Shown: positions 41,033-52,700 of the stretch, in pieces
Numbering within the stretch: the stretch's first letter is position 1
Layout: every line of letters starts with the position of its first letter
NCBI GenBank assembly: GCA_049301135.1
Contig: JBAQKP010000044.1
Coordinates: forward strand, 10,460-74,459
Direction: 5' to 3'
DNA length: 64,000 nt
Source: Moraxellaceae bacterium
Lineage (GTDB): Bacteria; Pseudomonadota; Gammaproteobacteria; Pseudomonadales; Moraxellaceae
The notes under the pieces: model-generated
What the model saw: the letters and a program-made list of their open reading frames with translations, nothing else
What the model was told of the DNA's origin: nothing
Database searches by the model: none
Program-made: the position numbers and the translations under genes

Positions 41033-41201
41033 GAGAAGGGTGTTCCGCCCGCATGCTCCAAAAGCAACCGAGGATAATCAGCGCCCATAGGCCAGCGGGC
41101 ATCAGCCAGCCGTGCGGCAGTCGCATCGCCAGTTGTGCCACCAGTGGCGGCAGCATAAACACGCCGAACACCACCAAAAGAATCATTCGACTCACATACA
41201 T
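41025..41201 (-). CDS. Small hydrophobic CbrX-like protein (58 aa), translationally coupled to cbrA
   Basis: MYVSRMILLVVFGVFMLPPLVAQLAMRLPHGWLMPAGLWALIILGCFWSM... gives two predicted TM helices. Its stop overlaps the cbrA start within ATGGCTGA (8-nt overlap). Confidence 0.5.
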   Translation of the reverse strand: MYVSRMILLVVFGVFMLPPLVAQLAMRLPHGWLMPAGLWALIILGCFWSMRAEHPSHG

Positions 41202-41239
41202 CTTGATCTGATTCCGTTCGCTGATCGGTTGCTGGTACG

Positions 41240-42124
41240 TTACTGGTACACCCCATCCAATCTCACCTGTCGCTGCACGGTCGCCAACTGCCAATGCCGT
41301 ACGCCATGCTGTAACTGCTGGGCGACTGATCCGGTTTGCGGGTCAGGCTGTCCCAACGCCAGCAGTGCCTGTCGAATCAACGCGCCCGCATGACGATAAT
41401 CGAGGGCTTGGGCAAGGTTCTGCTTGGAGAGTTTTTGGCCATTGGCATTCATCGCCAGTGGCAGATGTGCGTAGTCTAACCTCGCGACGTTTAAACAGCG
41501 TCCCAGCCAAATCTGTCGGGCAGTGTTGTCCAATAAATCAGCGCCACGCACCACCTCGGTCACGCCTTGCGCCGCATCATCGACCACCACCGCCAGTTGA
41601 TAACTGATGATGCCATCTCGACGTTTTAACACAAAATCGCCGATGCTGTGCTGTAGGTGATCGGATTGCGAGCCTTGAATCAAATCTTTAAAAATAATCG
41701 GGAGGTCATCCACTTTGAGCCGAATCGCATTTCCCGTCGGCTCAAGTGCGGCAGCACGACAAGTGGCGGGATAGCGCGTTTGGCCGGAGAGTAATTTGCG
41801 GCTACAGGCGCAGGCATAAGTCAGGTCTTGTGCGGCCAGTTGGCTGAGTGCCTGCTCGTATAGATGGAGGCGATCTTGTTGACGCACGACGGGACGGTCA
41901 GGACATAATCCAAATGCATCGAGTGCATCTAGAATTTGTTGCTCGGCACCGGCTTGAATTCTTGGAATATCAGTATCTTCAATGCGTACCAGCCATTCGC
42001 CGCCGCGTGCTTTGACCTGACAATAACTGGCAATCGCCGTGATCAGGGAGCCAAAATGCAAAGGGCCGGTTGGCGATGGCGCAAACCGACCCACAGGGCG
42101 TGCTGAAGCAGGATGCATCTGCAA
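41240..42124 (-). CDS. gluQ: tRNA glutamyl-Q(34) synthetase (GluQRS)
   Basis: A truncated GluRS-like catalytic domain (GRFAPSPTGPLHFGSL; KLSKQ), with no anticodon-binding domain. It lies downstream of dksA, as in many gammaproteobacteria. Confidence 0.9.
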   Translation of the reverse strand: MQMHPASARPVGRFAPSPTGPLHFGSLITAIASYCQVKARGGEWLVRIEDTDIPRIQAGAEQQILDALDAFGLCPDRPVVRQQDRLHLYEQALSQLAAQDLTYACACSRKLLSGQTRYPATCRAAALEPTGNAIRLKVDDLPIIFKDLIQGSQSDHLQHSIGDFVLKRRDGIISYQLAVVVDDAAQGVTEVVRGADLLDNTARQIWLGRCLNVARLDYAHLPLAMNANGQKLSKQNLAQALDYRHAGALIRQALLALGQPDPQTGSVAQQLQHGVRHWQLATVQRQVRLDGVYQ

Positions 42125-42127
42125 GCA

Positions 42128-42664
42128 CTAGCCGTGATTTTGCTTTTCTTTAATCTCTGCGAGTGTTTTGCAGTCGATACATTGGGTGGCGGTTGGACGT
42201 GCCTCGAGTCTGCGTAGACCGATTTCTACCCCACAGGTCTCGCAGTAGCCATAGTCACCGGTTTCAATCGCTTGCAAGGATTGTTCGATTTTGCGGATCA
42301 GCTTGCGTTCACGATCCCGCGTGCGCAGCTCAATCGCAAATTCTTCTTCTTGGGTCGCCCGATCATTTACATCTGGCAATGCAGCGGATTCATCTTGCAT
42401 GTAGCTCATGGTGCGATCGACTTCTTGCATCAGATCCGCTTTCCATGCGTGCAGAATTTTACTAAAGTGGTCAAACTGCGCGTCTGACATGTACTCTTCG
42501 CCTGCGCTCATTTGATAGGGCGCAATCCCGTACAAACTGTTACTGACCGGAATCGCGATGGGCTTTGGCTCGGCGGCACTCGGCTTACGGCTACGCGTTT
42601 TGGTCGGTTTGGACAGGGGTTCTGCTGCGTCACTGGCTGACGCATTCAGTTTTTCAACGGCCAT
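42128..42664 (-). CDS. dksA: RNA polymerase-binding transcription factor DksA
   Basis: A coiled coil carrying the DxxDxA-like acidic tip (DVNDRATQEEE) and a C4 zinc finger (CETCGVEIGLRRLEARPTATQCIDCK). The N-terminus carries roughly 35 extra K/P/S-rich residues. Confidence 0.93.
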   Translation of the reverse strand: MAVEKLNASASDAAEPLSKPTKTRSRKPSAAEPKPIAIPVSNSLYGIAPYQMSAGEEYMSDAQFDHFSKILHAWKADLMQEVDRTMSYMQDESAALPDVNDRATQEEEFAIELRTRDRERKLIRKIEQSLQAIETGDYGYCETCGVEIGLRRLEARPTATQCIDCKTLAEIKEKQNHG

Positions 42665-42777
42665 TTGGGCATCCTCATCAAAAACCGTCTATCTATACGC
42701 GCAAACAATACGTCGATGCAACCGTTTGTTGTTTTTGTTGGTCGGTTTTTCGCAATGCTGCCCCAGAATCGGCGTGC

Positions 42778-43614
42778 TCAATAGCCCAATGATAAAAAAT
42801 CCACCCCATTCGGGATTTTTGCCAGTCGATGTACACCGGTTTCTAGTTGGCCATTTGCGTGTAAGCGCAACCAACGATAACCCGGTGGGACACGATCTAA
42901 CGCGAACTCACGACTGAGTGGTTTAAACTGAATACAGGTCGAAGGACATGAGTAAATCGAGGTGTGGCCGCGTACCGCTTCGAACACCTGATGCACATGA
43001 CCATGCAAAATACTGCGCACCTGTGGATGCTGCTCGATGATCCGCCAAAATGGAAAACTATCGGTCAGCATGTGAGCGTCCAGCCAGCGTGAACCGACCG
43101 CCAGCGGATGGTGATGCAACGCCACAATGGTATGAAAATCCGCAGTGGACTCCAACGCATCTTGCAGCCATTCCAGTTCGTGCCGCGAAAAGTGCCCTGC
43201 AACTTGATGGTCTTCGCTGGAGTTCAGCATGATGATGCGCCAGTTACCGACGGCAATCACACTCGGACTACTACAGGCGTGTGGAACACTGCCCCCTAGA
43301 AATAACTGATCCAGATCATGGTTGCCCTGTAGCCAATGCTGCGGTGCGCCTAACGCCGCCAAAAGCTGATGAAAGCGCGCGTAGGTTTCGAGGGCGGGAG
43401 CTTGCGCAATGTCGCCAGTCGCCAACACCAGATCAATCTTCGGGTGATTTTGCTGGATTAACGCCAACACCTGCGCAAAGCTCTGTTGGGTATTCATGCC
43501 CAGCAGACACGCATTGGGATCTTTAAACAGATGCGGATCAGAGACTTGAATCATCTCTATCGGAGGATGATCAGTCTGCGTGCGCATCGAATGCTCAGTG
43601 GGGTCGGTTGCCAT
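42778..43614 (-). CDS. cpdA: 3',5'-cyclic-AMP phosphodiesterase (metallophosphoesterase)
   Basis: Metallophosphoesterase motifs are present (QVSDPH, TGDIAQ, GNHD, HH, GHVH). It is adjacent to nudF, as in E. coli and Pseudomonas. Confidence 0.85.
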   Translation of the reverse strand: MATDPTEHSMRTQTDHPPIEMIQVSDPHLFKDPNACLLGMNTQQSFAQVLALIQQNHPKIDLVLATGDIAQAPALETYARFHQLLAALGAPQHWLQGNHDLDQLFLGGSVPHACSSPSVIAVGNWRIIMLNSSEDHQVAGHFSRHELEWLQDALESTADFHTIVALHHHPLAVGSRWLDAHMLTDSFPFWRIIEQHPQVRSILHGHVHQVFEAVRGHTSIYSCPSTCIQFKPLSREFALDRVPPGYRWLRLHANGQLETGVHRLAKIPNGVDFLSLGY

Positions 43615-43616
43615 GT

Positions 43617-44303
43617 TTAGCTCCCCGCTCGCGATGGATGCTCATGCAGTCTGACCTGCGCTGTGGTGTGCGGCGTGTCTCGTTGCATCGCTTGTCGTCG
43701 CTGCTGCTGTAGCCATTGTAGCGCGATAATCAGCGGTGCATTGCGGACTCGATCACTGTGTAATAGCAGATCAAGCTCGGCGTAAGCAATTACATGCAAC
43801 AAGATGTTTTCGCCTTCGTCGGCTGCGCCATAAATGCCGCCAACCCCACGCAAATCCGCCAGCGCGGCATACAGGGTAAATTGCTCATCACAACCGCCAA
43901 CCGACGGATAAAATTGATAAATTTTTTCGAGCTGGCCAATCTGAATGCCAGTTTCTTCGTGCGCTTCACGGATTGCGGCCTGTTCTGCGCTTTCGCCTTG
44001 ATCGACCAAGCCCGCCACGACTTCAAGTTGCCATGCTGATACTGGATCAGCAATCGCACCAACCCTAAACTGTTCGATCAGCAGAAAGCACTGCTGCTGT
44101 GGATCATGGATCAACACACCAACCGCTGCAGGTCGGCGCAGCAATTCGCGCTGTAGCGGCTGACTCAGTTGTTGATCAGCGAACAGTCGATGGCGTAGTT
44201 GGATCTGATCAATGCGACCAAACCCTGCAAATACTTGTTGTTGTGCGTCGATGTAAGTATCGTTGAGTCCAAATACCGGACATCGCCAGTTGGGATCGCG
44301 CAT
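43617..44303 (-). CDS. nudF: ADP-ribose pyrophosphatase (Nudix hydrolase)
   Basis: Nudix box GLVDQGESAEQAAIREAHEETG. The N-terminus resembles that of E. coli NudF. I chose the internal ATG (MRDPNW). Confidence 0.85.
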   Translation of the reverse strand: MRDPNWRCPVFGLNDTYIDAQQQVFAGFGRIDQIQLRHRLFADQQLSQPLQRELLRRPAAVGVLIHDPQQQCFLLIEQFRVGAIADPVSAWQLEVVAGLVDQGESAEQAAIREAHEETGIQIGQLEKIYQFYPSVGGCDEQFTLYAALADLRGVGGIYGAADEGENILLHVIAYAELDLLLHSDRVRNAPLIIALQWLQQQRRQAMQRDTPHTTAQVRLHEHPSRAGS

Positions 44304-44452
44304 GTTATACCGTCGTTTGAAGCGATAACTGTAAAACATTAGCAGAGCGGCTGCATAAAATGTAGCCCCGTATTGGCTAAAGCGTGACGGGGTTGGATAA
44401 AATGTGACTTAAACCGATCAATTTCCGACAAACTCCGACCAATCTCGCCACA

Positions 44453-44950
44453 CTAGCGCGTACAACTGATCTCGTGCGATTCGTCTTCTTCAGCGTTGGT
44501 TCGAAAAACCGCACGTTGTGCGGACAACGCAACAATCTGCGCCGACTCGCTTTGACCATTCATCAGCTCAGCTTTTAGATTGATTATCGCTTCAAGTTCG
44601 GGATTCGAATGCACAAACTTAGGCACTGCTGTGATGGTTTCAACCAGTTGATCGGGTGCAATCAGTTGCCACGTGGCATCCACGCTTAATTCGTAGACAA
44701 TATCCAGATTAAACGGATGGAGTTGGAAGCTTAGGCGGCTGTCAGATCGCGTTGTGCCATCGGCAAAATAGGTGTCTACCGACGTGCCGACCAGTGTTTG
44801 CTCTTTACTGTTGACCTCAAAGCTACAGTGCCAAGTACCGAGTAACAGTGCCGAATCAATCGGGGCTGCTGCCAGTGACGCTGTCGCCAGCAGACTAATA
44901 AATCCGATTGCGTAATAGTTTGTTTTCAAAATGATATTCTCCGTAAACAT
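44453..44950 (-). CDS. Hypothetical secreted protein
   Basis: It has a signal peptide (...ISLLATASLAAAP) and I recognise no motif. It sits between thiC and nudF, where pseudomonads also carry a hypothetical gene. An alternative TTG start at 44938 follows a GGAGAA RBS. Confidence 0.6.
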   Translation of the reverse strand: MFTENIILKTNYYAIGFISLLATASLAAAPIDSALLLGTWHCSFEVNSKEQTLVGTSVDTYFADGTTRSDSRLSFQLHPFNLDIVYELSVDATWQLIAPDQLVETITAVPKFVHSNPELEAIINLKAELMNGQSESAQIVALSAQRAVFRTNAEEDESHEISCTR

Positions 44951-44987
44951 GAGAACTAGGGCAGTCAGTTGGACTGCCCAGATCGGT

Positions 44988-46934
<1,947 letters not shown>

Positions 46935-47020
46935 TCAGGGCTACCGTCAATCGGTCTGTGTTGTTCTTGTGTTTAGCCGAATGTTTGACTACGCTCAGAG
47001 CCTATGGGTTGGATGGCCAC

Positions 47021-48325
47021 ATGAATAGCATGAAAACAGCAATAGTCGTTTTGCTGACTTTGGTCAGTTTGCCGGTGATGGCAATGGATTTACTCGACAC
47101 CTATCGGTTGGCGCAAAGCAATGATCCGGCATGGCGCGCCACCTTAAACACCTATCTGGCGGAGCAACAAAACGAGGCGATTGCCTACGGTGGACTGCTG
47201 CCAAATGTGTCTGCTTTTGGCACGATCAATCGCAGTCGCTTTGAGCCGGATGCCGTTCCGCAGCAATTTTTGTCCACCAGCGTTCAGTATTCGCTGTCAG
47301 TGCGGCAGCCGGTGTTTAGTCCGGAGCGTTGGGCGCGTTATCAGCAGGCCAAAGTCTCCACGCACCTAAATGACGCCACCTTGCGGGCGGATCAGCAGGC
47401 GTTTGTGTTAAAAGTGGCTGAGGCGTACTTTAAAGTGTTACAGGCCGAAGCACAGCTTGCGTCACTGCGTGCCGAAGAAGACGCGTTTAATCGTCAGCAT
47501 CAAATGATGCAAGCGCGCTTTAAAGCCGGTGTGGTGGCGCGTACCGATGTGACCGAGGCACTGGCACAACACCAAAACGCCATCGCCAACCGGATCTCGG
47601 CTGAGGTGAATATCACCGCCAGCCGTGAGGAGTTGACGGCGATTTTGGGACAGCCCGTCGGTCAGTTGGCCGAATTGCGGCCGGATCTGCCGTATGAGCC
47701 GCCATATCCGGTGCAGATCATGGATTGGGAAGCACTGGCCAAACAGCACAACCCGAATATCGCGGTTGCGCGGTTGCGTGCCGATGTGGCCGAGCAAAAC
47801 CGCCAAATCCAGCGCGCCGGTCACAAGCCACGGCTTGATTTGGTCGGTAGCGCCAGCGAAAACAAGCCTGACTTGGCATTGCAGAGTTTTAGCGAAGGTC
47901 GCAATCTATCCGTTGGGCTGGAGTTGAGTATTCCGATTTATAGCGGTGGCCAGACCACGCGTTTGGTGCGCCAAGCGGCCTATCAAGTCGACGCTGCGCA
48001 AGATCAGATCACGGTCACTGAACGGCAAGCGACCTCGCAAGTGCGCAGTGCATTCTTAAATCTTCAGGCTGATCAAGCACGGATTGCAGCACGTCAGGCT
48101 GCGGTCGAGTCCGGCGATGTGGTTGCCGAAGCCTCGCAAGTCGGTTATGAGTTGGGTGTGCGTAACATCGTCGAGGTGTTGCTGGCACAGCGCAGTGCGT
48201 TTGCGGCGCGACGTGACTTTATTGCGGCACGCTATGACTATGTGATCAACGTGTTGCGTTTGCGTGCGGCGGCGGGGCAACTGACCGCAACTGATCTGGC
48301 CGAGATCAATACTTGGCTTAAATAA
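47021..48325 (+). CDS. tolC: TolC-family outer-membrane channel (OpmH/TolC-like)
   Basis: A signal peptide (MNSMKTAIVVLLTLVSLPVMA) is followed by two OEP repeats (LLDTYRLAQSNDPAW...; ...NIVEVLLAQRS). It is divergent from thiC, as opmH is in Pseudomonas. Confidence 0.88.
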   Translation: MNSMKTAIVVLLTLVSLPVMAMDLLDTYRLAQSNDPAWRATLNTYLAEQQNEAIAYGGLLPNVSAFGTINRSRFEPDAVPQQFLSTSVQYSLSVRQPVFSPERWARYQQAKVSTHLNDATLRADQQAFVLKVAEAYFKVLQAEAQLASLRAEEDAFNRQHQMMQARFKAGVVARTDVTEALAQHQNAIANRISAEVNITASREELTAILGQPVGQLAELRPDLPYEPPYPVQIMDWEALAKQHNPNIAVARLRADVAEQNRQIQRAGHKPRLDLVGSASENKPDLALQSFSEGRNLSVGLELSIPIYSGGQTTRLVRQAAYQVDAAQDQITVTERQATSQVRSAFLNLQADQARIAARQAAVESGDVVAEASQVGYELGVRNIVEVLLAQRSAFAARRDFIAARYDYVINVLRLRAAAGQLTATDLAEINTWLK

Positions 48326-48468
48326 TGCTACAGCAGTCATCGAATCGTCATCGCCATGCAGCATGCTATGGCGTGCCATATTGTTTGTGACTCACCCAAG
48401 GCAGCCGATCGTCAAGATCATCGCGCAGCGTGTGTCAGTACCGAGTTAGGGTTAGGAGTAGTGCCGTC

Positions 48469-49194
48469 ATGTGTCCTTCATTTGATCAACATATCAAACA
48501 CACCTCAAATCAGTTTGAAGCTGACTTAGAAAAAGTCCATCGGATTTTTATGGGGATGGGCGGCATGGTCGAGCAACAAGTGGCGGATGCCATTCATGCA
48601 CTGCTTGATGTCGATGCTGAATTGGCGATTCGGGTACAGCAACAAGATCAGGTGGTCAATAAATTTGAAACTGACCTCGACAGTGCGCTGGCGTTGATCT
48701 TAGTGCGTCGGCAACCGACTGCCAATGATCTGCGCACCGTTTTGGCGATGAGTAAAGCCAACACCGACCTTGAGCGGATCGGCGATGAAGCCAGCAAGAT
48801 CGCGCGGATTGCCCAAGCCTTGGTCAGTGAAGGCGAGTCACCGCGCGGCTACATGGAAGCACGGCATATCGGCAATCAAGTGCGCCTGATGATCCGCGAG
48901 GCACTCGATGCCTTTGCGCGGCTCGATGCGGAGCAAGCCTTGCGAGTGATGCAAGCCGATGCGGATATTGACCGTGAATACCAGTCGGCCACTCGCACGC
49001 TGATGACCTTTATGATGGAAGATCCGCGCCAAATCACCCGTGTGATGAACGTGCTGTGGGTACTGCGTTCGCTGGAGCGGATGGGTGATCATGCGCGTAA
49101 CATCAGTGAGCAGGTGATTTATATGGTCAAAGGCCGTGATGTCCGGCACACGCATCTTGATACGATTGAGCAGCAATTAAACCAAGACTTGTAA
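48469..49194 (+). CDS. phoU: Phosphate signalling complex protein PhoU
   Basis: Two PhoU repeats carry E/DxxxD motifs (LERIGDEASKIA; LERMGDHARNIS). AGGAG RBS upstream of the ATG at 48469. Confidence 0.9.
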   Translation: MCPSFDQHIKHTSNQFEADLEKVHRIFMGMGGMVEQQVADAIHALLDVDAELAIRVQQQDQVVNKFETDLDSALALILVRRQPTANDLRTVLAMSKANTDLERIGDEASKIARIAQALVSEGESPRGYMEARHIGNQVRLMIREALDAFARLDAEQALRVMQADADIDREYQSATRTLMTFMMEDPRQITRVMNVLWVLRSLERMGDHARNISEQVIYMVKGRDVRHTHLDTIEQQLNQDL

Positions 49195-49710
49195 GGGGGT
49201 TGTGGACGTCTGAGCCATGGCCGCGCGGCCTGACCGCATGGTGTGTTGCCGCGTGGCTGGCGTACAAACCGTCTACAGGCTTTGATTTTTAATCACTCAA
49301 CAACACCTCTGCGCTCGGCTGGGGTGTTTTGTCTTTTGCGGTGGGGGAGGGTGCGACAGTTGGGTTTTAGGGTCGAACAGCATAAAACCCTGACGAAAGG
49401 CACTTCACTGTTCGCCAATGGCGCATGGATCGCTTGTTCCAAACAGGTGAATCACTACACAATATCCACGAGTTTGATACGCCTGTTACACAGGCGTCAC
49501 GATGCTTGTCTCTAATATGGTTTCGATCGCCGCTGTGCATGGTTTATGCGTGTGCGATGGCCTCGGTAGTGGGATATGGTGGCGAGTGGTGGGTATCGAA
49601 TAAGGATGGTTTTCATCCAAACGCAGCGTTGCTGTATTGCTGATCCGATGAGTAGATGGTTATGACCTTTCAGTCTTTTGAGCGAGCCCTAAAACAGCCA
49701 AGTCATACCG

Positions 49711-52700
49711 TTGAATGTGGGGTGCGCTATGTGGGGCAATAATAAGATGGATAAAATGGACAAAAAAATGATTGCTGGTATGAAGCAAAAGTGGTTTATC
49801 GTGTTGCATATGATTGCAGCAGCAATGGCATTGTTTTCACTGATATTTTTGGTAATTGGTAATCCGGCCCATGCTTTAATTCAGCGTAGCTTTAAAAATT
49901 TAAGTTTTGAAGATGTTCAGATATCAAGTACCGCGCCATGTCGGGTCTATGCGTCATCTGACGCTACTACGCCTTCGGCCAGTGTTCCCGGATGGACGAC
50001 AACCCATCCTAGTTTCTCTGGTGGTGGCCGTATTTCTTGTGCTGGTACGGTGAGCGCAGGGGTAGACACTACCAGCATCGCGCCAATTATAGAAGTCTGG
50101 AAAGGTCCACGATTTTTAACAGGCGGAACTACGACCTGTAATAACAATTCACAAGATTGTATTAATGGCCGGAGCGGAAATCAATTTGTAGAATTAAATG
50201 CTGAATCTTTATCTGAAATCAGACAACAAGTGTGTCTGGAAACAGGTGAAAGTGTAGGCTGGAAATTTAGCCATAATGGACGCAATGCAACAGCAGATCA
50301 GATGCGCTTTAAGGCGGGGAGTCAGTCCATTATTCGGGTAGCTACCTCAACTACAGGAAGCGGAAATGTGCTGGGCTGTGACAGCGGCACATGTAATGCT
50401 GTACAGTCGGGACGAACTACCCTATTTACTAAGACCCGCTGGGCTGATTATAGTGGTTCGTTTACAGCAAATAACTCGACCAATACTTATATCGGTTTTG
50501 AATCCTTAAATGGTTCCTCGACTCAAGGTAACTTTCTGGATGATATTCAAGTTACGTTAAAACCGGCGGTTGAGTTTAAGCTGGGCACTTATAGCCAGGT
50601 AGAAAATCAGACTGCGCCTACGGTTGATCTTCAGGTAGTTGGTATTGTACAGGCAAACATCAGCTTAAATCTCACCATTGACCCCACATCTACTGCGGTA
50701 ATAGGCACGGATTACACCCTTAATGGTGGAACTAGTACCAGTTTTAATATCACATTACCAGCAGGTGATTATAGCAATGGAACTGTTATTAGTATTCCGG
50801 TTACTTTACTCAATAATAGCATTGTTGAGGGAAGCCGGTTTTTCAAAGTCATTTTAACGCCTGATGCTACCAAATTCACTATTATGCCAACCAGTAGCTG
50901 TACTAATACAGGGGGGAATGCTAGTTCAACTTTTGCTATTCAAGATGATGACATTGGTCTTCAGTTGGAAAAAAGTTGGGTCAATGCCAGCGTAAATGAT
51001 AAAGCAACTTTAACGACTACAGGAGGTGGTTCAGGGGCTAGTAATATCAGTAGCGTGGTAACAGCGAATACAGCTACTGAAACAGATACCTCTAATACCA
51101 TTATTTTAGCGGCTGGAGCATCACGTACGCTTTCAGAAACACTCAATAGTTCAAATTCTGGAGCATATAGTGTATCTGGCTGGACATGTAATGGGGGGAG
51201 TTTAAGTGGTTCGGTGTTAACAACATCAACTGCTGATTATGGTAAGACCATTAAATGTACGATTACTAATTCTCGAACTACATCATTACAGCTGGCAAAA
51301 GCATGGGGTGCTGGTAGTTCTGTCAGTGATAGCGCTACGATTGGTGCAACCACAGGGGGTACTAATAATACCAGTGCATTTACTACGATAGGTGGTACAA
51401 ATGCAACCAGTGGTACTCCGGTTGCTATTGCAACGGGTAATACCATAACTTTTCCAGCAGAAACCGGCACTAATATTGCTGGTTACAATAGTGTCTTAAG
51501 TTGTACAGCAAATAATGGTGCGACAGCCAATGCTTTAAGTGGCACTAATGGTCAAGTGAGTAACACATTATTGATCGGTGCAGGCGATGCAGGCAAAGCG
51601 ATTGTTTGTACTTATAGCAATACCCGTAAGAGCACGACATTCCGCCTTGCCAAAGCATGGGGCGCGAACAGTATTACAAACAACGTGGCAAACCTGAATG
51701 CAACCACAGGGTTAATTAACAACACCGCAGCGTTTACCAGCACTGCAAGTACAGCAACCAATGGCGCAACAGTAACAGTATTTGCTGGTGAAACAGCAAC
51801 ATTGCCTGCGGAAACCATGAGCTCAGGCACACTGGCAAACTACAATACTGTAGTGAGTTGTAATGCGGGAACTTTGTCTGGTACTAATGGTCAGTCAAGC
51901 GGCAATACATTAACGGTGACTGCGGCAGCAACTGCAACTGCGCCAATTACCTGTACCTATACCAATACACGTATTGCACAACAGTTGAGTGTGGCAAAAA
52001 CATGGCAAAATGCAATAAATGGTCATACGGCTAGTGCGACCACGACGGGCGGCACCAATAATGCCAGCGTTAGCTCCACGTCAACTGGGAATAACACCAC
52101 CACAGGCACGCCAGTCACTGTCTATGCGGGTGATGTGGTGAACTTGCCAACTGAAACCTTAGGTGGCGGTGCACTGCCAGTGCAATACAACAGTGCACTG
52201 GCTTGTAGCGGTGGCACAACCTTAGCAAGTGGTGCAATGAATCGTAGCATTACCATTACTGCCAACACGACGGCGACGGTCTGTACCTATACCAATACAT
52301 TTATTGTATCGGGTGCAATTAATGGTCGCGTGTTTGAAGACAGCAACTATGGTGGCGGCGCAGGTCGTAGCTATGCAACATCTAGCGGCAGTGCACGTTC
52401 AAATGCTCGTGTAGAACTCTATGATAGTTCAGGCAATTTTGTGACCAGTGCCACCACAGACGCGAGTGGTAATTATAGCTTTACTGGCCTTGCTGCAGGC
52501 AACTATACAGTGCGTGTGGTGAATAGTAGCGTCACCTCATCGCGTGGCACAGGCGGCTTGGCAGTACAAACCTTTAGAGCTAACGCTACTACTGGCATTG
52601 CTGTGGCGGATACCAATCGCGTGGGTGGTGAAACACCAAGTCTCGTGGATGCAGGTAATGGCACAACCACACTGGCATCTTTAACGACTGCGACAACCAC

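Noticed and set aside
49243-49515. A 90-aa ORF in the leader of the giant gene. A second one lies at 49425-49643.
   Set aside because: They have no RBS, their composition is Arg- and Trp-rich and odd, and they show no motif. I treated the region as non-coding leader.
49762-49768. An A7 homopolymer near the candidate start codons of the giant gene, as a possible phase-variation tract.
   Set aside because: Seven residues is short for efficient slipped-strand switching. Its effect depends on which start codon is used, and there is no other evidence for it.
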